A stretch of 61,687 bases of DNA, the filler included, from Squatina squatina (Eukaryota), in NCBI GenBank assembly GCA_031763465.1. It is 3 parts of 3 records of this genome, joined end to end, with 100 filler letters (N's around TTAATTAATTAA, not from the genome) between each part and the next. Parts side by side here need not be neighbours in the genome. Positions count along the whole stretch, not along the records: positions 1 to 19,109 come from JARFOE010000235.1; positions 19,210 to 40,600 come from JARFOE010000115.1; 1 more part is not named here. One strand, 5' to 3'. The notes under the pieces were generated by a model. It saw only the letters and a program-made list of their open reading frames with translations, did not search any database and was not told where the DNA came from. A program made the position numbers and the translations under genes. Position 1 is the stretch's first letter. Each line of letters starts with the position of its first letter. Shown in pieces: positions 11,333 through 24,427 of this stretch.

Positions 11333-14300
11333 CTGATACCCATGAGCTCAGCATTCCCAATGTTCATCCGCATTTTTGATTAAAAGATATTCTGTGCTCA
11401 CAGTATTAACCTACAGCATATTAAACCTATTTAACATAGGTTTAATTAAAGCATGTAACAATGGGATCAGTACTAAAACTCAAAAAAAATGTTATTTGCT
11501 CATGTTTAATGATAAACTGCAGAAAAACTAGTGAAGATCTTAAAGGATTAGAAAGGATCATGCACTGTGTGGACTGGAGATGAATGAGAGCTGTGTCTAG
11601 AATTCTAAATGTCAGAGTTCAACAGGCCAAGTAATTGCCTTTCCTTGCGGAAAAACAAAGTACACCATTACGTGGGTTCCTTTTTATTCTGTTGAGCGAC
11701 CTAACATAAAACATTCGTCACACACTTCTAACCACCAGTTAAAAAGAAAATTCAAACGCTTAGTTAAGAAAAGACTTTAAATATAATACGCGAGGGTATT
11801 TCACCATTGCAGCTCATCAAGATTTACATCTTATATATTCCATCACAATTACAGAGACCTTTACACTGAGTTATATCGCTGCAGCAGATACTGTAGCTTC
11901 CGTTTCCATAACTACAGCTTAGCTGCTGGCATGATGCAGAGAAGAGCACTGACCCTCAGCTAGATGACAAAGGCCATATGTAAATTAGAATATATAGCAC
12001 TGTCAAGACTGAAATAAATGTGGACACAAAGGAATTGTATTAAATCAATCAGCATAAGCAGATGGTGCAACATGCTTTTCTCCGGTATTGGACAGGCATG
12101 TTCACCTTTTTCAGGGATGCTGCACAGAACTACTGCCAGTTAAGTGTAACTTAACTGAATTTTAATCACAACCTCACAAAGAAGCTGATTCCCAAATCTC
12201 TATTTTTTCTTCNNNNNNNNNNNNNNNNNNNNNNNNNNNNNNNNNNNNNNNNNNNNNNNNNNNNNNNNNNNNNNNNNNNNNNNNNNNNNNNNNNNNNNNN
12301 NNNNNNNNNNNNTGGATTAAATTATTTTTTGATTATAGTGAAATTGGTGAGAATATTGTAATGGGGAAAAGGCTTTTGCAATATCATTCATTGATAATTT
12401 ATGTCAAAAAGTTAAAAATAGCCAATCAGGGAGGAGAAAAACAGAGATTTAACTAATGAGGAAAATAAACTAAGCCGAACAGTCAGAAAGTATTTTATTG
12501 TATAAAAAGGTGGGGTTAACAGGATAGTCAATAGGGAATTGTGGATTCCAACTGTTACGTGCACTTTAATAAGCCTGTCACCTTATCTATCACAAGTCAT
12601 CAGGTCTTTTACAATTCCCATTGCATCGCGTGGGTTGATTATCACGGATAAAACGATGTTAAACCCGTAGTTACTGAATCAATCATGAATTCATAATTCA
12701 GATGAAATCCCAACTGTTCAAGCTGCCTTTAACTATCGATCTGCCGAACTCAGGCCGATAAACACTGCTGCAATACAAAGAGGGAATTCAAGTGCTGGTT
12801 TTATCACTTAAAAGTTGAATTTATTCAGTTTAACTTCAAGTTCATTCTCAATCCTGTTTCCTTCAATATCTCTGAAAACTAACCTGTATCATCATATTTT
12901 TGCAGTAGTTTGAATTAAATGTAATACGGTTTTGGAAGAAGCTGGCAGCCTCCTAATAATACCATGCACGGACGATAATAGATGCAAAACCAGCTGTGAA
13001 ATAAAGTACAGTGCTGGAGAGAGAAGGCTCAACCAACCGAAGAAAACAAAACTCTTTCAGTTCCCAATCACACAAAGAGCCTTTCAAATATTGTACTGTC
13101 CAGCTACTGCTTATGTAGCAGGGCCCAAAATCTGTAAGGCAGTTCTATTCTTTGATAAAGGGTAATGGGGATTGCATTTAATGACATGAGGCAGGTATGA
13201 TTCCCACCTGCCTCCGCTTCGCTGGTAGATTGGAGGTGAGGAAACGAGATCCAAATAAGTGCGACATGGAATTAGAAATGCTTCCTATTTCTGTGTGCAG
13301 TTAAGTTATTCCTTTCCTCCTATTATAAAGACACAAGACCACCAGGATTCGGGCCTTCCTGCTCTGGGGAACGTGAAAGAGCACAAAACACTGGCTCAAT
13401 GCCATATTACATCGGTGAGTATACGGAGGGAAAAAAACATTTTCCAGCAGTTCTTGCAAATCCCCTAATTCACCGAAACCAATTATTTCTTATTAAACAC
13501 GAGATAGGCAAATCTTAAACAATACATTTCCTTACTTCAAAAGAATTGACCAAAACATTGAATTTGGCTGCAAGCTAAATGCATCCTTGTCACATTATGG
13601 TAAAATCCACTGGCCGAGGAGAAAATGTTTTTATTTTTTTAAAAAAAGCTCAATCTATCTACCTTAGTATTGCCCCCTTTCAAAATGAAGAAAAATAGTT
13701 GGCAGTTTCTTGTCTGGGTTTAAGGCATGAAGAGCATAAGCTGGATTTGTTTCTTGGAGTACAGGTGTAAGCATGGTTTGAGTCTCCCGATTTAAGCTGC
13801 ATCTCCTTCCAGTTCCCTTTGGTAGGCTTAGCCCAGAGACAGCAGTTTACCACAAAACCCCTGAGCTGTCAGTCCCAAATGGATTCCATAAAGATCAGGT
13901 GCAGACATTGCAAATCCTGGTGGTATTTCATTCCGTCTAAACTGAATTTCTCAAGCATGGCATGATGGGATTTTATCTCTTGTTCTCCGGATNNNNNNNN
14001 NNNNNNNNNNNNNNNNNNNNNNNNNNNNNNNNNNNNNNNNNNNNNNNNNNNNNNNNNNNNNNNNNNNNNNNNNNNNNNNNNNNNNNNNNNNNATAGTCCA
14101 AGTCTCTGGATTACTAGTCCCACAACTTAACTACTACACTACCGATCTGCACTGCTGATTTTGGATTTCCCCTTTAAGCTGTCATGTATTTATGTTCCCA
14201 CCACCACCAATACAAGTCAAGGAATGTTGGGTATACCTACAGCTTACGTTACAAAACTCATGTAACTGTTGTCACACATCACAGGCTTATAAATTAGGAT

Positions 14301-15224
14301 CATTCTTTAAGTGTCAGCCTGCTGGGCTTGTGCCAGCTTTCTTGAAGTTGTTGGCCAGATTCTAGGTTGGCATGTATGCAGAGACTGGGTTGAAGGAGGG
14401 GTCCCAACCAAAACACAAATATCCCTCGGCGCCCTGCTAAAGCTTCGCCCAAAACAACTGGAATGCTCAGCCCTAGTGCTTCAATACCATTTAGTATGAT
14501 CTGCATTTTCTATTTAACTTTTGTGCAGAAACAAACTGCAGTCCTCATGAAAGGTTCATGAAAGCCCATCACCCATCATTACATTTTGAGTCGCTTTAAT
14601 TAGAGGAAAATGTACAGATAATCCTTCAAGGTTCTAAACCATTGGAATAAAACATTACTTTCATTAGTGAAACGGTTGAGATTTAAGAGACTGAGCTGCA
14701 CAGTTCAATATGAAGAAGCCAAGAAAATCATCAACTACAGATTAGTGCAATCTACATGCATAGTTTGTGGCAATTTATAGATATAGAACAGCATAGTCTG
14801 AAATTCAATACTGTGCATAGATGGATATTTGTAGTCAGGCATTAGGACAGAGTTCAGCAGCACTGTCTATGCATACATTATTTAACAGTCAGCTCATGTA
14901 CTGCAGGTTATTTAACTATGGATTTACACAATACCTGATGCATGAGAGAAGCGGCAGAGTCCACTGACATTAGCTAGAGGTCGAATAATCAGAAATGCAT
15001 GAGACAACCCATTGCATAACAAACCCTCGTGTCTGCACGTTTAAAAGTAGAGACCTTTTTTTGTGCCCCTATACTCATCAAATCACATGCTTGTTAAAAT
15101 CAAGAAGCATTGCATGCATAACTGCAGATTAAAACCCATGTTTGATATGTTTAGATGAAAAGTTCCTGGAGTACAGTTTAAAGCAAACTGCTGAAAATAC
15201 AGGGAGAAAGCGGAGGAGGAGTTG

Positions 15225-15900
15225 AGGGCATTTTTTCAGAGCAGGGAGAAGTGGATAGTGGTGTCTCAAGGTTTAGTTCTAGGGCGACTTCTGTTCACTG
15301 TGTATATATCACCAATGATATGGATATAGGTTTAGAGGGAGTGGTGTCAAAATTGCAGATGGTAAACGTAGGAGGGATAGTTAATTCTTTGGAAGACCAA
15401 AGGAAGTTGCAAAAAGATATTGATAAGTTGGGAGAATGGATTAAAAGTGACAGATGGAATTCAATGTCAGTAAGTATGGCAACATAGTGGTTATGTTACT
15501 GGACTAGTAATCCAGAGTCTGAACTAATTATCCCGAGACATAAGTTCAAATCCCACTACGGCAGCTGGGGAATTTAAATTCAGTTAATTAAATAAATCTG
15601 GAATAAAAAGCTAGTGTCAGCAATGGTGAAATGAAACTACCAGATTGTAGTAAAAATCCATCTGGTTCACTAATGCCCTTTAGAGAAGAAAATCTGCCAT
15701 CCTTACCCGGTCTGGCCTATATATGACTCCAGACCCACAGCAATGTGGTTGACTTTTAACTGCCCTCTGAAATTCCCACTTTTTGATGGGCAATAAATGC
15801 TGGCCTTACCAGCGACACCCACATCCCATGAACGAATTTTTTTTAAAGCGTGAGGTGATTTGGTTAAAAGGAAACAGGGGCTGGGAGATGGGGATACAGG
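15225..15900 (+). mobile_element. Decayed CR1 reverse transcriptase fragment interrupted by a tRNA-derived SINE (~15477-15845)
   Basis: Traces of the GVPQGSVLGP, IYINDLD, SKFADD and LQKDIDKLGEW motifs. The SINE has A box-like tagtggttatg and B box-like gttcaaatccc. RT-like sequence resumes after the SINE (gtgaggtgat). Confidence 0.8.
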
Positions 15901-16295
15901 TTCACAACATTGCGTGTGAAACAGAAACTACCGTCAGTGCCAGTTGTCTGCACTACAGAGAGACGTTGTTTACGCTCCTGTCAGAAATGGCCGAGGGCTT
16001 CANNNNNNNNNNNNNNNNNNNNNNNNNNNNNNNNNNNNNNNNNNNNNNNNNNNNNNNNNNNNNNNNNNNNNNNNNNNNNNNNNNNNNNNNNNNNNNNNNN
16101 NNTTAACAATAAATTATGTACAATTGTCTGCCACAAAAAAGCTTCAATGGTTTCTCAATGCATGAAAAAGGTTTGCATGCAGTGATCCTTTTGGTTTGGT
16201 GTAGTCTTCGCACAATTCTTTAGAGGTCAGGTCCTTCTGCACCATAATTAAAACGCAAAGACACAAAAGGTAGACAAGGTACAAAGAGGATGGAA

Positions 16296-16320
16296 TCACC
16301 ACATCAGGGAATCATCGTAC
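16296..16320 (-). CDS. PYY: PYY last coding exon (end of the C-terminal flanking peptide)
   Basis: tttccacag|G TAC GAT GAT TCC CTG ATG TGG TGA = (R)YDDSLMW*, the typical NPY-family precursor ending. The intervening YGKR exon is not visible and is probably in the 18080-18179 gap. Confidence 0.85.
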
Positions 16321-16482
16321 CTGTGGAAATTGATAATGAAGCGTTTAAAAGTCTAATACATGCATTAGATTGCACCATACAGTAAGTACACATAATATCC
16401 ATTTAAATACCAGACAAAGAAAAAAAAATAACTAAACAGTTTGTTACCAATATGCACAGTGTGATTTTCAAAACTTTACAGT

Positions 16483-17214
16483 GGGCCTGAAATTGCAATC
16501 TCCCCGGTTGGGAACGATGTTCACACGCACCCGAGGAGACATCGCAAAAGCCAGTTATGGGGCTGTTCATTGTAAGCCTGCATAACCGGCATTTGTGATC
16601 TGGCAAGAAGATTCTTGACAGATCCAACGCTTAGGCTGCAGAGCTGATCCCCAGTGCTGAGCTTTGCGATATTTTTGCAATACATGCGCTGGGGATCTCT
16701 TTCAAGATCTGCTTGATTTTACCTGTGTAAGAAATGTTAAAAAATGTAAAATCAAAAACATTAATGGGACATTACTTCAACACCATTCCCAGTAAGGTAA
16801 GTATGTTTTAAAACATTTTAAAAGTTTTTTTTTAATTTCAAAAAACATTTTTTTGTCTTATTTATCTCCTTTTTATTAAATTTTAATGTTAGAATAGTTT
16901 TCAAAATGTTTTGGGATGTGTTTGTGTTTTTCATCTTTCATTGACGTTTTGACAGATCTCTGAGAACTGTCAAAACTTCAATGAAAGATACACCTACCTG
17001 ATTGATTGGGACCTCCCATGTGACCACTCCAGACTCTTTGCTCGATGTGCCCGGGAATCTAGAGCCCTGCTCCGAATCTTCAACTCGGGAGAGGGGGTGG
17101 GGGTGCTGAATCTCGCATGGTCGTGTGGATCGAGGACCCTTGGATAAGTATGTAACTTTTTTTGCGATTGGAGGCCTCCGCACGCAGGAAGCCTCTGATC
17201 GCAATTTCAGGGCC
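16483..17214. mobile_element. Harbinger-like MITE in the last PYY intron
   Basis: Terminal inverted repeats gggcctgaaattgcaatc / gatcgcaatttcagggcc (16 of 18 match). Confidence 0.8.
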
Positions 17215-18299
17215 ATTAGGAATAACTTATTTTGCTGTCAGTTATAAAGTAAAATCCTGATTTATTACTTGCCCCCAATTCCAACATCATTCATTCACAA
17301 GAATCAAGGCATTTGGAGGAAAAAATGGCCAACACAGCTCATCCCAGTACTTAAACCTCCAGCCTAATACTGAAAAGTGAGCCTCAGGCTCCTAGCATAG
17401 CAGCAGGCCTCTCTTGAGATTTAATATTCCAGAGATGTACAATATCCTGGCAACTCGGAGTAAGATTTTTTTATGGGTTTGTTCTGTTAAAAATGTTACG
17501 TTTTCAACTGAGAGAAAAAATGAGTTTACATTGGTATTAATAGCAAGTTCTTTCTAGCAGTTTGATTTTAAAACAGATCTATGCTGATATTGTTTCAGTA
17601 CATCTGATGTTTAAAACATTTCCTTCTAAATGGCCAGATTATTTGCATATATACAAAAGAACAAAGAACAAAAAACTGCTAGAATAAAATGCTCGAGATC
17701 TGAAACAATAACAGAATGCTGGAAGCAGGTCAGTCAGGATCTGTGGAGGAAACAGACAAGTTAATGGTTCAACTCATCATCAAGACTGAAAAAAATGAAA
17801 GATGAACAGCATGTAAAAAAAGAACACAACAAAAGGAAGATTGAGGGAGGAAGAACACACACTCGCACATGAAATAGTAATTATGTGTAGAAAGACCTGT
17901 GAATAAGAAGAAGCTTAATGAGCAAAATTAAAGCCATTTAAGAGACTCAGAGGATGTGTGAATAGCTGAGATGGTGTTTGGGCAGGGGGCGGCGGGCGGC
18001 GGGGGCAGTGGCGTAAGGCAGGTCTGAATTGGAAACAGAGAAGCTGTCAAAATGGAACAGTATTGAGAAGCTTTAGCAGNNNNNNNNNNNNNNNNNNNNN
18101 NNNNNNNNNNNNNNNNNNNNNNNNNNNNNNNNNNNNNNNNNNNNNNNNNNNNNNNNNNNNNNNNNNNNNNNNNNNNNNNGAGAAATCAGCTTTGCAGGTC
18201 ATATCGAAGAGATGTCTAATTGAAAGACAATTTGGAAAGCTTGTTCACATATAGCTGCAATGCGTGAAACAGAAGCTTTAAACTTGTTTTGATTTCTTT

Positions 18300-18610
18300 T
18301 CGCTGACTCATGCTCCACAGGCACCAGTCGCTGCCAGTGTCTCACTCAACTGCCCAAATTCCAAGCGTGAGCCTGGATATGTGTTGGCAGGCTAGTTGAA
18401 TCAGGAAGTGCTTCACGGCCAAGCTTGATCCTGTTCTCAGCCAATGTCCAGTCACAGACGCTTTCCAGCAGGCGTCATCAGATACTGGTCATCATTAGGA
18501 AGCCAACTGACAGCTAACTCTGCTGAGACCAGGGGTTGAACCTGAGGCTTATCTGTGCTGTACAGCACAGTGACACAGTTGGGAGTGCACTTGCCAACTA
18601 AGCAAGGGGA
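18300..18610 (-). mobile_element. Old tRNA-derived SINE
   Basis: Minus-strand head gcttagttggcaagtgcac...caggttcaacccctggtc. A related head occurs at ~19211-19350. Confidence 0.55.
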
Positions 18611-18811
18611 ACCTTATGCTTGTTTTTAAAAGAAAATGATATTATCTTAATTAAAGGGAGTAAATCAAATCAATCACATGAGGTGACTGCTTAGCACGGT
18701 TAATGATCTGCAGCAGGAACTGACTGCAGTGTGAGTTATAAATATGCAGTGTGACTAGATGCTGACTTGGTTGCTATCTTGCATATTCAATGATGTGTGT
18801 CTCCAGCTTAC

Positions 18812-18999
18812 CTCTGCCGTGTGATGAGATTGATGTAATGCCTGAGAGCGGAGTAGTACTTTGCAAGTTCCTCAGGGGGGGCATCCTCTCCTGGAACCTC
18901 AGGTTTGGGAGGATAGGCATCCACCAAGGTCCCTAGGCACACCAGCACACAGATAGCAAGAGCAATCAGGGTTATCCAAGGTTTCTGCACAACCACCAT
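18812..18999 (-). CDS. PYY: Peptide YY precursor, first coding exon (signal peptide and most of the mature peptide)
   Basis: cag|ATG start and AG|gtaag donor. Encodes [63 protein letters not shown]. Pro14 and adjacency to MPP2 indicate PYY rather than NPY. Confidence 0.95.
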
Positions 19000-19109
19000 C
19001 TGTCACACAGGGAAGGAAAAGCCAAAATCAACAAAACACGTCAAGAATAGACACTTGAAAATCACCAAAAGACTGTTGGTAAATGAGTTTAGTGTATCTA
19101 GGTTATCTA

Positions 19110-19209
19110 NNNNNNNNNNNNNNNNNNNNNNNNNNNNNNNNNNNNNNNNNNNNTTAATTAATTAANNNNNNNNNNNNNNNNNNNNNNNNNNNNNNNNNNN
19201 NNNNNNNNN
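19110..19209. other. Artificial scaffold-joining spacer
   Basis: 44 N + TTAATTAATTAA (19154-19165, stops in all six frames) + 44 N. Confidence 0.97.
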
Positions 19210-19639
19210 TATCCTGGGGGCACTGCGAGCAGTTGTTGCCCATCTGCTGCCAGCCTGGTTGAGATCAGTGAACACTGCAGAGAGCAGAGCTCAAACCTGG
19301 GACCTTTCCGGTGTGCGTGGCTGAGTACCACACCAGATGGGATCTGTTTACTCCATGGGGGAGTCACTAATGAATAACGGTCAGAGACCTCTTCAGAAAA
19401 TGCAATCAAAAGTATCAACATCACATTTGAAATCGGAACAGCAGAGATTTGAGGTTTACCACAGCATTGAAGAAAACTCTCATTTCACTTTGATTTCTTA
19501 CATTTAATTTCACTGGGATTAACGACAGATTCATTTAAAAATAAAATATATCATGTTGCTGAAGCAAAACACAAATGGAATTAGATTTCAACTGAATTGA
19601 GTTCAGGGATTTTAGATTTTAATGACTTTGAATGCCTTA

Positions 19640-19976
19640 CAACCCCCCTGAGATATCTGCACTCCTCCAATTCTGACCTCTTGAGCATCTCGGATTATAA
19701 TCATTCCACCATTGGTGGCCGTGCCTTCAGATACCTAGACCATAAGCTCTGGAATTCCCTAAACCTCTCCATCTCTCTACCTCTCTTTCCTCTTCGAGTG
19801 CCAGCTGTGGCTCAGTGGGTAGGAGTCTCGCCTCTCAGTCACAAGGTTGTGGGTTCAAGTCCCACTCCAGGGACTTGAGTACATAAATCTAGGCTGACAC
19901 TCCAGTGCAGTGCTGATGGAGTGCTGCACTGGCGGAGGTGTGGTCTTTTGGATTAGACATTAAACCGAGGCCCCAT
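19640..19976 (+). mobile_element. L2 3' fragment followed by a SacSINE1-like (Deu-type) tRNA-derived SINE from ~19800
   Basis: TIGGRAF..KLWNSL L2 motif, then ggctcagtgggtag (A box), gggttcaagtccc (B box), aggctgacactccagtgcagtgctga. Confidence 0.8.
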
Positions 19977-20167
19977 NNNNNNNNNNNNNNNNNNNNNNNN
20001 NNNNNNNNNNNNNNNNNNNNNNNNNNNNNNNNNNNNNNNNNNNNNNNNNNNNNNNNNNNNNNNNNNNNNNNNNNNNAGAAAAATGTTTTCTATTTTGTTT
20101 GAACTTTATCAATTCTTAGTTCAAAAAATATTGGACAGGGGGAATAAAAGCTTTGTTGTTTGGGCGT

Positions 20168-20275
20168 AGGGTGACCAAATGTCCCAGTTTTGTCGGGACA
20201 GTCCCGGTTTTTACCCAAACATCCCGGTGTCCCATCAGTCCTTTCAAAAAGCCTCAAATGTCCCGGTTTTTTGCA
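20168..20275 (+). mobile_element. hAT-Blackjack (MER94-like) transposon end
   Basis: tagggtgaccaaatgtcccagttttgtcgggacagtcccgg with repeated tcccgg subterminal motifs. Confidence 0.65.
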
Positions 20276-22083
20276 GTCAGGACAGAGACCTGTGCAGTAT
20301 TGAGGGATTGCACAGGCAAGGATTTCAGTGGCAAAGGAACAGAGATAAACAAGTGGGCAATGTTGCAGAGGTGGAAATAAGCAGTCTTAGTGATGTGGAG
20401 TTTGAACCTGAGCTCAGGGTTGAACAAGACTCCAAGGTCTCAGAATGGTCTGCAGCTGGCAGGTAAGTTTTGTCCCAGTTGGGCCTTCCTAAAATCTGGT
20501 TAATTTAGTTGGGCGGGAATGGGAGGTCATGTGATGAAACTTCCAGGATTACGTCCACCCAGAGTTGGCAACCTGAGTTACACATCAAGACCTCAGCACC
20601 TCACCATTCACAACATAAAAGCAACTGAAGCAACATATAGGTATATGACAGGACACCTAGGAGGCGCGTTCCACATAAGTCTAATAGGGCCGGCAAGGGT
20701 TTGCTCTGAATTTTTAAAAAACTGCAACAATTATACAGGATCTTAAAGATGTTTTTTTTTAAAGCGCTCCACTGTATCCTGCTGGAATTTTGTTTTCCCA
20801 AGGATTACAGTAGTTGGTGAGAAATCATTCAGCACACATTAGGCTGGCACAGTGTAATGGAAAATTCAGCTGAAAAAAACTCCTGGAAGTTGAAACACAC
20901 ACACAGAGGCCTTTGTGCCAAGGCCCCCAGATCTCATAGTTGTAACCTTGCCTCGGATTAGGCCGAGAAAAGTGGTATTATTTAGAGATGGAAAATGTTA
21001 GCAAGACAAATTTCATGGAGTGATTTATTTATTTATTTTCGTCCAGACTCACAACAAAGGTCCTGATTCATAAAGTTCTTGCTGACTCGCAAAAAATATT
21101 TTTCAGCAATTGTTCTGGGGATGAGGTCATTTTTGTTTCAATGCAAAGCAACACACTGTAAGCAGCAGAGAGCTCCGGGAATATCCGGTCAAAATTAGCA
21201 ATCTGATCAGCTACTTGCTGGGGACGACAAAAACCTGCGTTCAAAATAGACAATGCACAATGTGCTGCGAGTGCTCACAGTAGGCAGGACTGCAGTTTAG
21301 GGGCTTTATTTATCAAGGTACAGGGAACCTGAACCAAGCTAGGATGAGTCAGACCCAGTGCAGTACAAAATCACTGATTGCCGATAAGAAATAGACAGCT
21401 TCCAATTATTGAAGAATAAACACATTTACCATATATTGCCGAAGAGGAAGCAATTTGCTCCATGTGAGTGCGTTGGTTCTATAACAATTTGGTGTCGATT
21501 CCTGTGTGTAGATTATGACGGAAAAACTGTAATGCTGAAAATCTGGGGGGCAAAATTGCCCCTTTTTATAACCCTGTTAGCGCCTCTAGAGGGATGGGGA
21601 CACTACCNNNNNNNNNNNNNNNNNNNNNNNNNNNNNNNNNNNNNNNNNNNNNNNNNNNNNNNNNNNNNNNNNNNNNNNNNNNNNNNNNNNNNNNNNNNNN
21701 NNNNNNNAAATAATCACCAGCAGCAACAGTTAACCAAGATGCCAGTCTCCAGGATTTGCAAGCACGCCGAGGAAAAGCTTCTCATTGCGCAGCCCTTATA
21801 AACAGCTTATTGAAAACAAAATTAAAAGAAATCACTCTGTAAAGCAAAACTGAGTATCCCCCTGTGAATTCCAGTTGTAGCCAGGAAATAATGAAACTAA
21901 TTAACTAAAAATAGTGCACTGTGGCAACAGATGTCCAGATGCAATAAAATGGTAATGAAAGTAAATAAAATCTGTCAATCAATGAAAAAACTGAGAAGCC
22001 ATAACATCGATCGAATGCAGACTTTATTATTAAATGAAGCATCAGATTGTTTCAGGTATAATGGGAGACAAAATTTTACATCA

Positions 22084-22376
22084 ACATAGAAACATAAAAG
22101 CATAGAAAATAGGAGCAGTAGGCCATTCGGCCCTTCGAGCCTGCTCTACCACTCAATATGATCATGGATGATCCTCCACCTCATCGCCATATTCCCGCTT
22201 TTTCCCCATACCCCTTGATATTTTTAGTGTCTAAAAATCTATCTATCTCCTTTTTGAATATACTCAGTGACCCGGCCTCCACAGCCTTTTGTGGTAGAGA
22301 ATTCCACAGGTTCACCACATTCAGAGTGAAGAAATTTCTCCTAATCTTAGTCCTAAATGGACTACCCCGTATCCTG
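22084..22376 (-). mobile_element. CR1-type LINE 3' fragment
   Basis: acatagaaacat tail, then ggccattcggcccttcgagcc, then tgtggtagagaattccacagg. Confidence 0.85.
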
Positions 22377-24427
22377 NNNNNNNNNNNNNNNNNNNNNNNN
22401 NNNNNNNNNNNNNNNNNNNNNNNNNNNNNNNNNNNNNNNNNNNNNNNNNNNNNNNNNNNNNNNNNNNNNNNNNNNNCGGTGGCTACATTTCAAAAGTACT
22501 TCATCGGCTGTACAGCACTTTGGGACACACTGACACAGTGAATCTATATAAATGCAAGTCTTTCTTTCAGTTTGCAGGCATTGTGTTGTGTGGCGAGACT
22601 TAGGGGTTGAAATTCCCCTTTTCTTTCTTAGAGGTGAGCTAATGGGGCAAAAAAAATGGGGTATTTCTGCCTCTTAGTATCTGAGCATTTAAAGGAGCAT
22701 GATGATGAAGATATGGAGGATGAAAGGTAGGAAGCCTGAAGAGTGCTGCATGACGACAATACCTGACTTGTGGGTATGTGCGGCACAGGCTCTATCAAAG
22801 CCAAGGCCCGAGCTGGCTTTTTCCTTTACGCTGTGTCTAAAAAGGCTGCATTCTCCCTTAACACTGTTATTTTGTCATATTTATTTTCCGACTTTCAAAA
22901 CCAGGCTATCGGAATGATTTCATTGCATGGCCCAATGATCCAGATAATTTACCCCTAAGTGGCAGTGCATTCCTGCACTTCAAGTTTTTCCACTACACTA
23001 CGTGCCAGCGATGTGCTTTTAGGAAACTTTCCAACAGTGGGCAAGATTTGTAGATGTGCCTTCGCACTAACTATATATGTGCAAGATTTACATGATAGCA
23101 GTAAAGTCACAGTCGCAATTTTGGAGTCACTTTGTATGTGGGAAACCTGCTCATACACAGAGCCCCCAATGTAGCCAAACCCACCCACAGTATAAAAAGG
23201 GCAGATTTGAAACGACAGAAACACGCACAATACTTCCATTGGAATTGGCCCTGTAATATAAAAAGGAATATTACTGTATCATTGGCCATATGAAGAGTAG
23301 ATTTCTTCAAGGTGACCAGGCTGTCGCTTTCAAGATGACAAAGGCGATAACAAAGCAATTTGTTCAGGAACACGAATACCAGAGGATGCAAATTAAAGCT
23401 AGGAAGTGTGGGGAAGTCAGGTGGACTGTTTTAAAGAATAAACACAGGGCAACGGACTTCTGGAATAACTTATCACAAAAGGCTGAAAGCTGAAGAGCCA
23501 ACCAGGTATGTTTCCGGAGAGAGAGAACTGAGGAATACAGTGAGAAAAAAGCTGTGAAGGTTTGAGATCAAATCAAAAAGAGATGGGTTCTAGACATTTT
23601 AAACACAGCACTGTTAATGAGGGGTCAGTAGCATACAGAAAATTACTGCCAAAAAATACATAACCCTTTGAGCTCATGGCTTACTCTTTCCGAACATTAC
23701 TCCACTAATCTACATGTATAAACACTACAACTTTGTTCCTGCGTGNNNNNNNNNNNNNNNNNNNNNNNNNNNNNNNNNNNNNNNNNNNNNNNNNNNNNNN
23801 NNNNNNNNNNNNNNNNNNNNNNNNNNNNNNNNNNNNNNNNNNNNNCCTTCCCTGTGTCCTGGCCAGTATCTATCCCTCAACCAATGCAAAAAAAAACAGA
23901 TGATCAGGTAATTTATTTAATTACTGAAATAAATGTTGACTCGGTTATTTAGTGGACCCGAAGATAAATTAAAAAAAAACCTTTTTCTTTATTAGTAAAA
24001 TGGATTTTAAAAGGATTAATCAATGCTGAGGAATTTTTTTAACTATAATTTGTGTTGTTTTATTAAAGGTAAATTTAAGCACTACCAGCAATGCATTGGG
24101 ATGTTAAAAGGTATTTGCTGGAAAATTGCCTGCTGTTTAAACTATGAAAAGTGTGTGATGTCCAGGAGGGCAAATGACTGAGAGGACAAATCAACCTAAT
24201 GATTAGATATTGTTTGGGAAATATAACATCACATTGGTCTGTGATCATAGCCTGACCAGCATTTAGAGTGTTACAAATGGCCAAATTGCCCCTAAACTCG
24301 GGAGGGGAGAAGATAGCAGAAGATCTTGACAAGGTTCTAACTCATGTCCGCTATCCAGTGATTTCAATGGGAAAGTGTGTGTGCACAATCAGTCTCTCCC
24401 TCCAACTCAAATTGACTGCAAACACAC

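Noticed and set aside
13188-13214. Hairpin gaggcaggt/acctgcctc
   Set aside because: A single 9-bp stem is not unexpected in 60 kb, and there is no supporting context.
18812-18999. Calling the peptide NPY
   Set aside because: YPPKPE start, Pro14 and linkage to MPP2 (not MPP6) favour PYY.
19154-19165. TTAATTAATTAA as a biological palindrome or piggyBac site
   Set aside because: It is centred in symmetric 44-N blocks twice, so it is an assembly linker.
19800-19875. tRNA gene
   Set aside because: The A and B boxes continue into a SINE body that recurs several times, so this is a SINE head.
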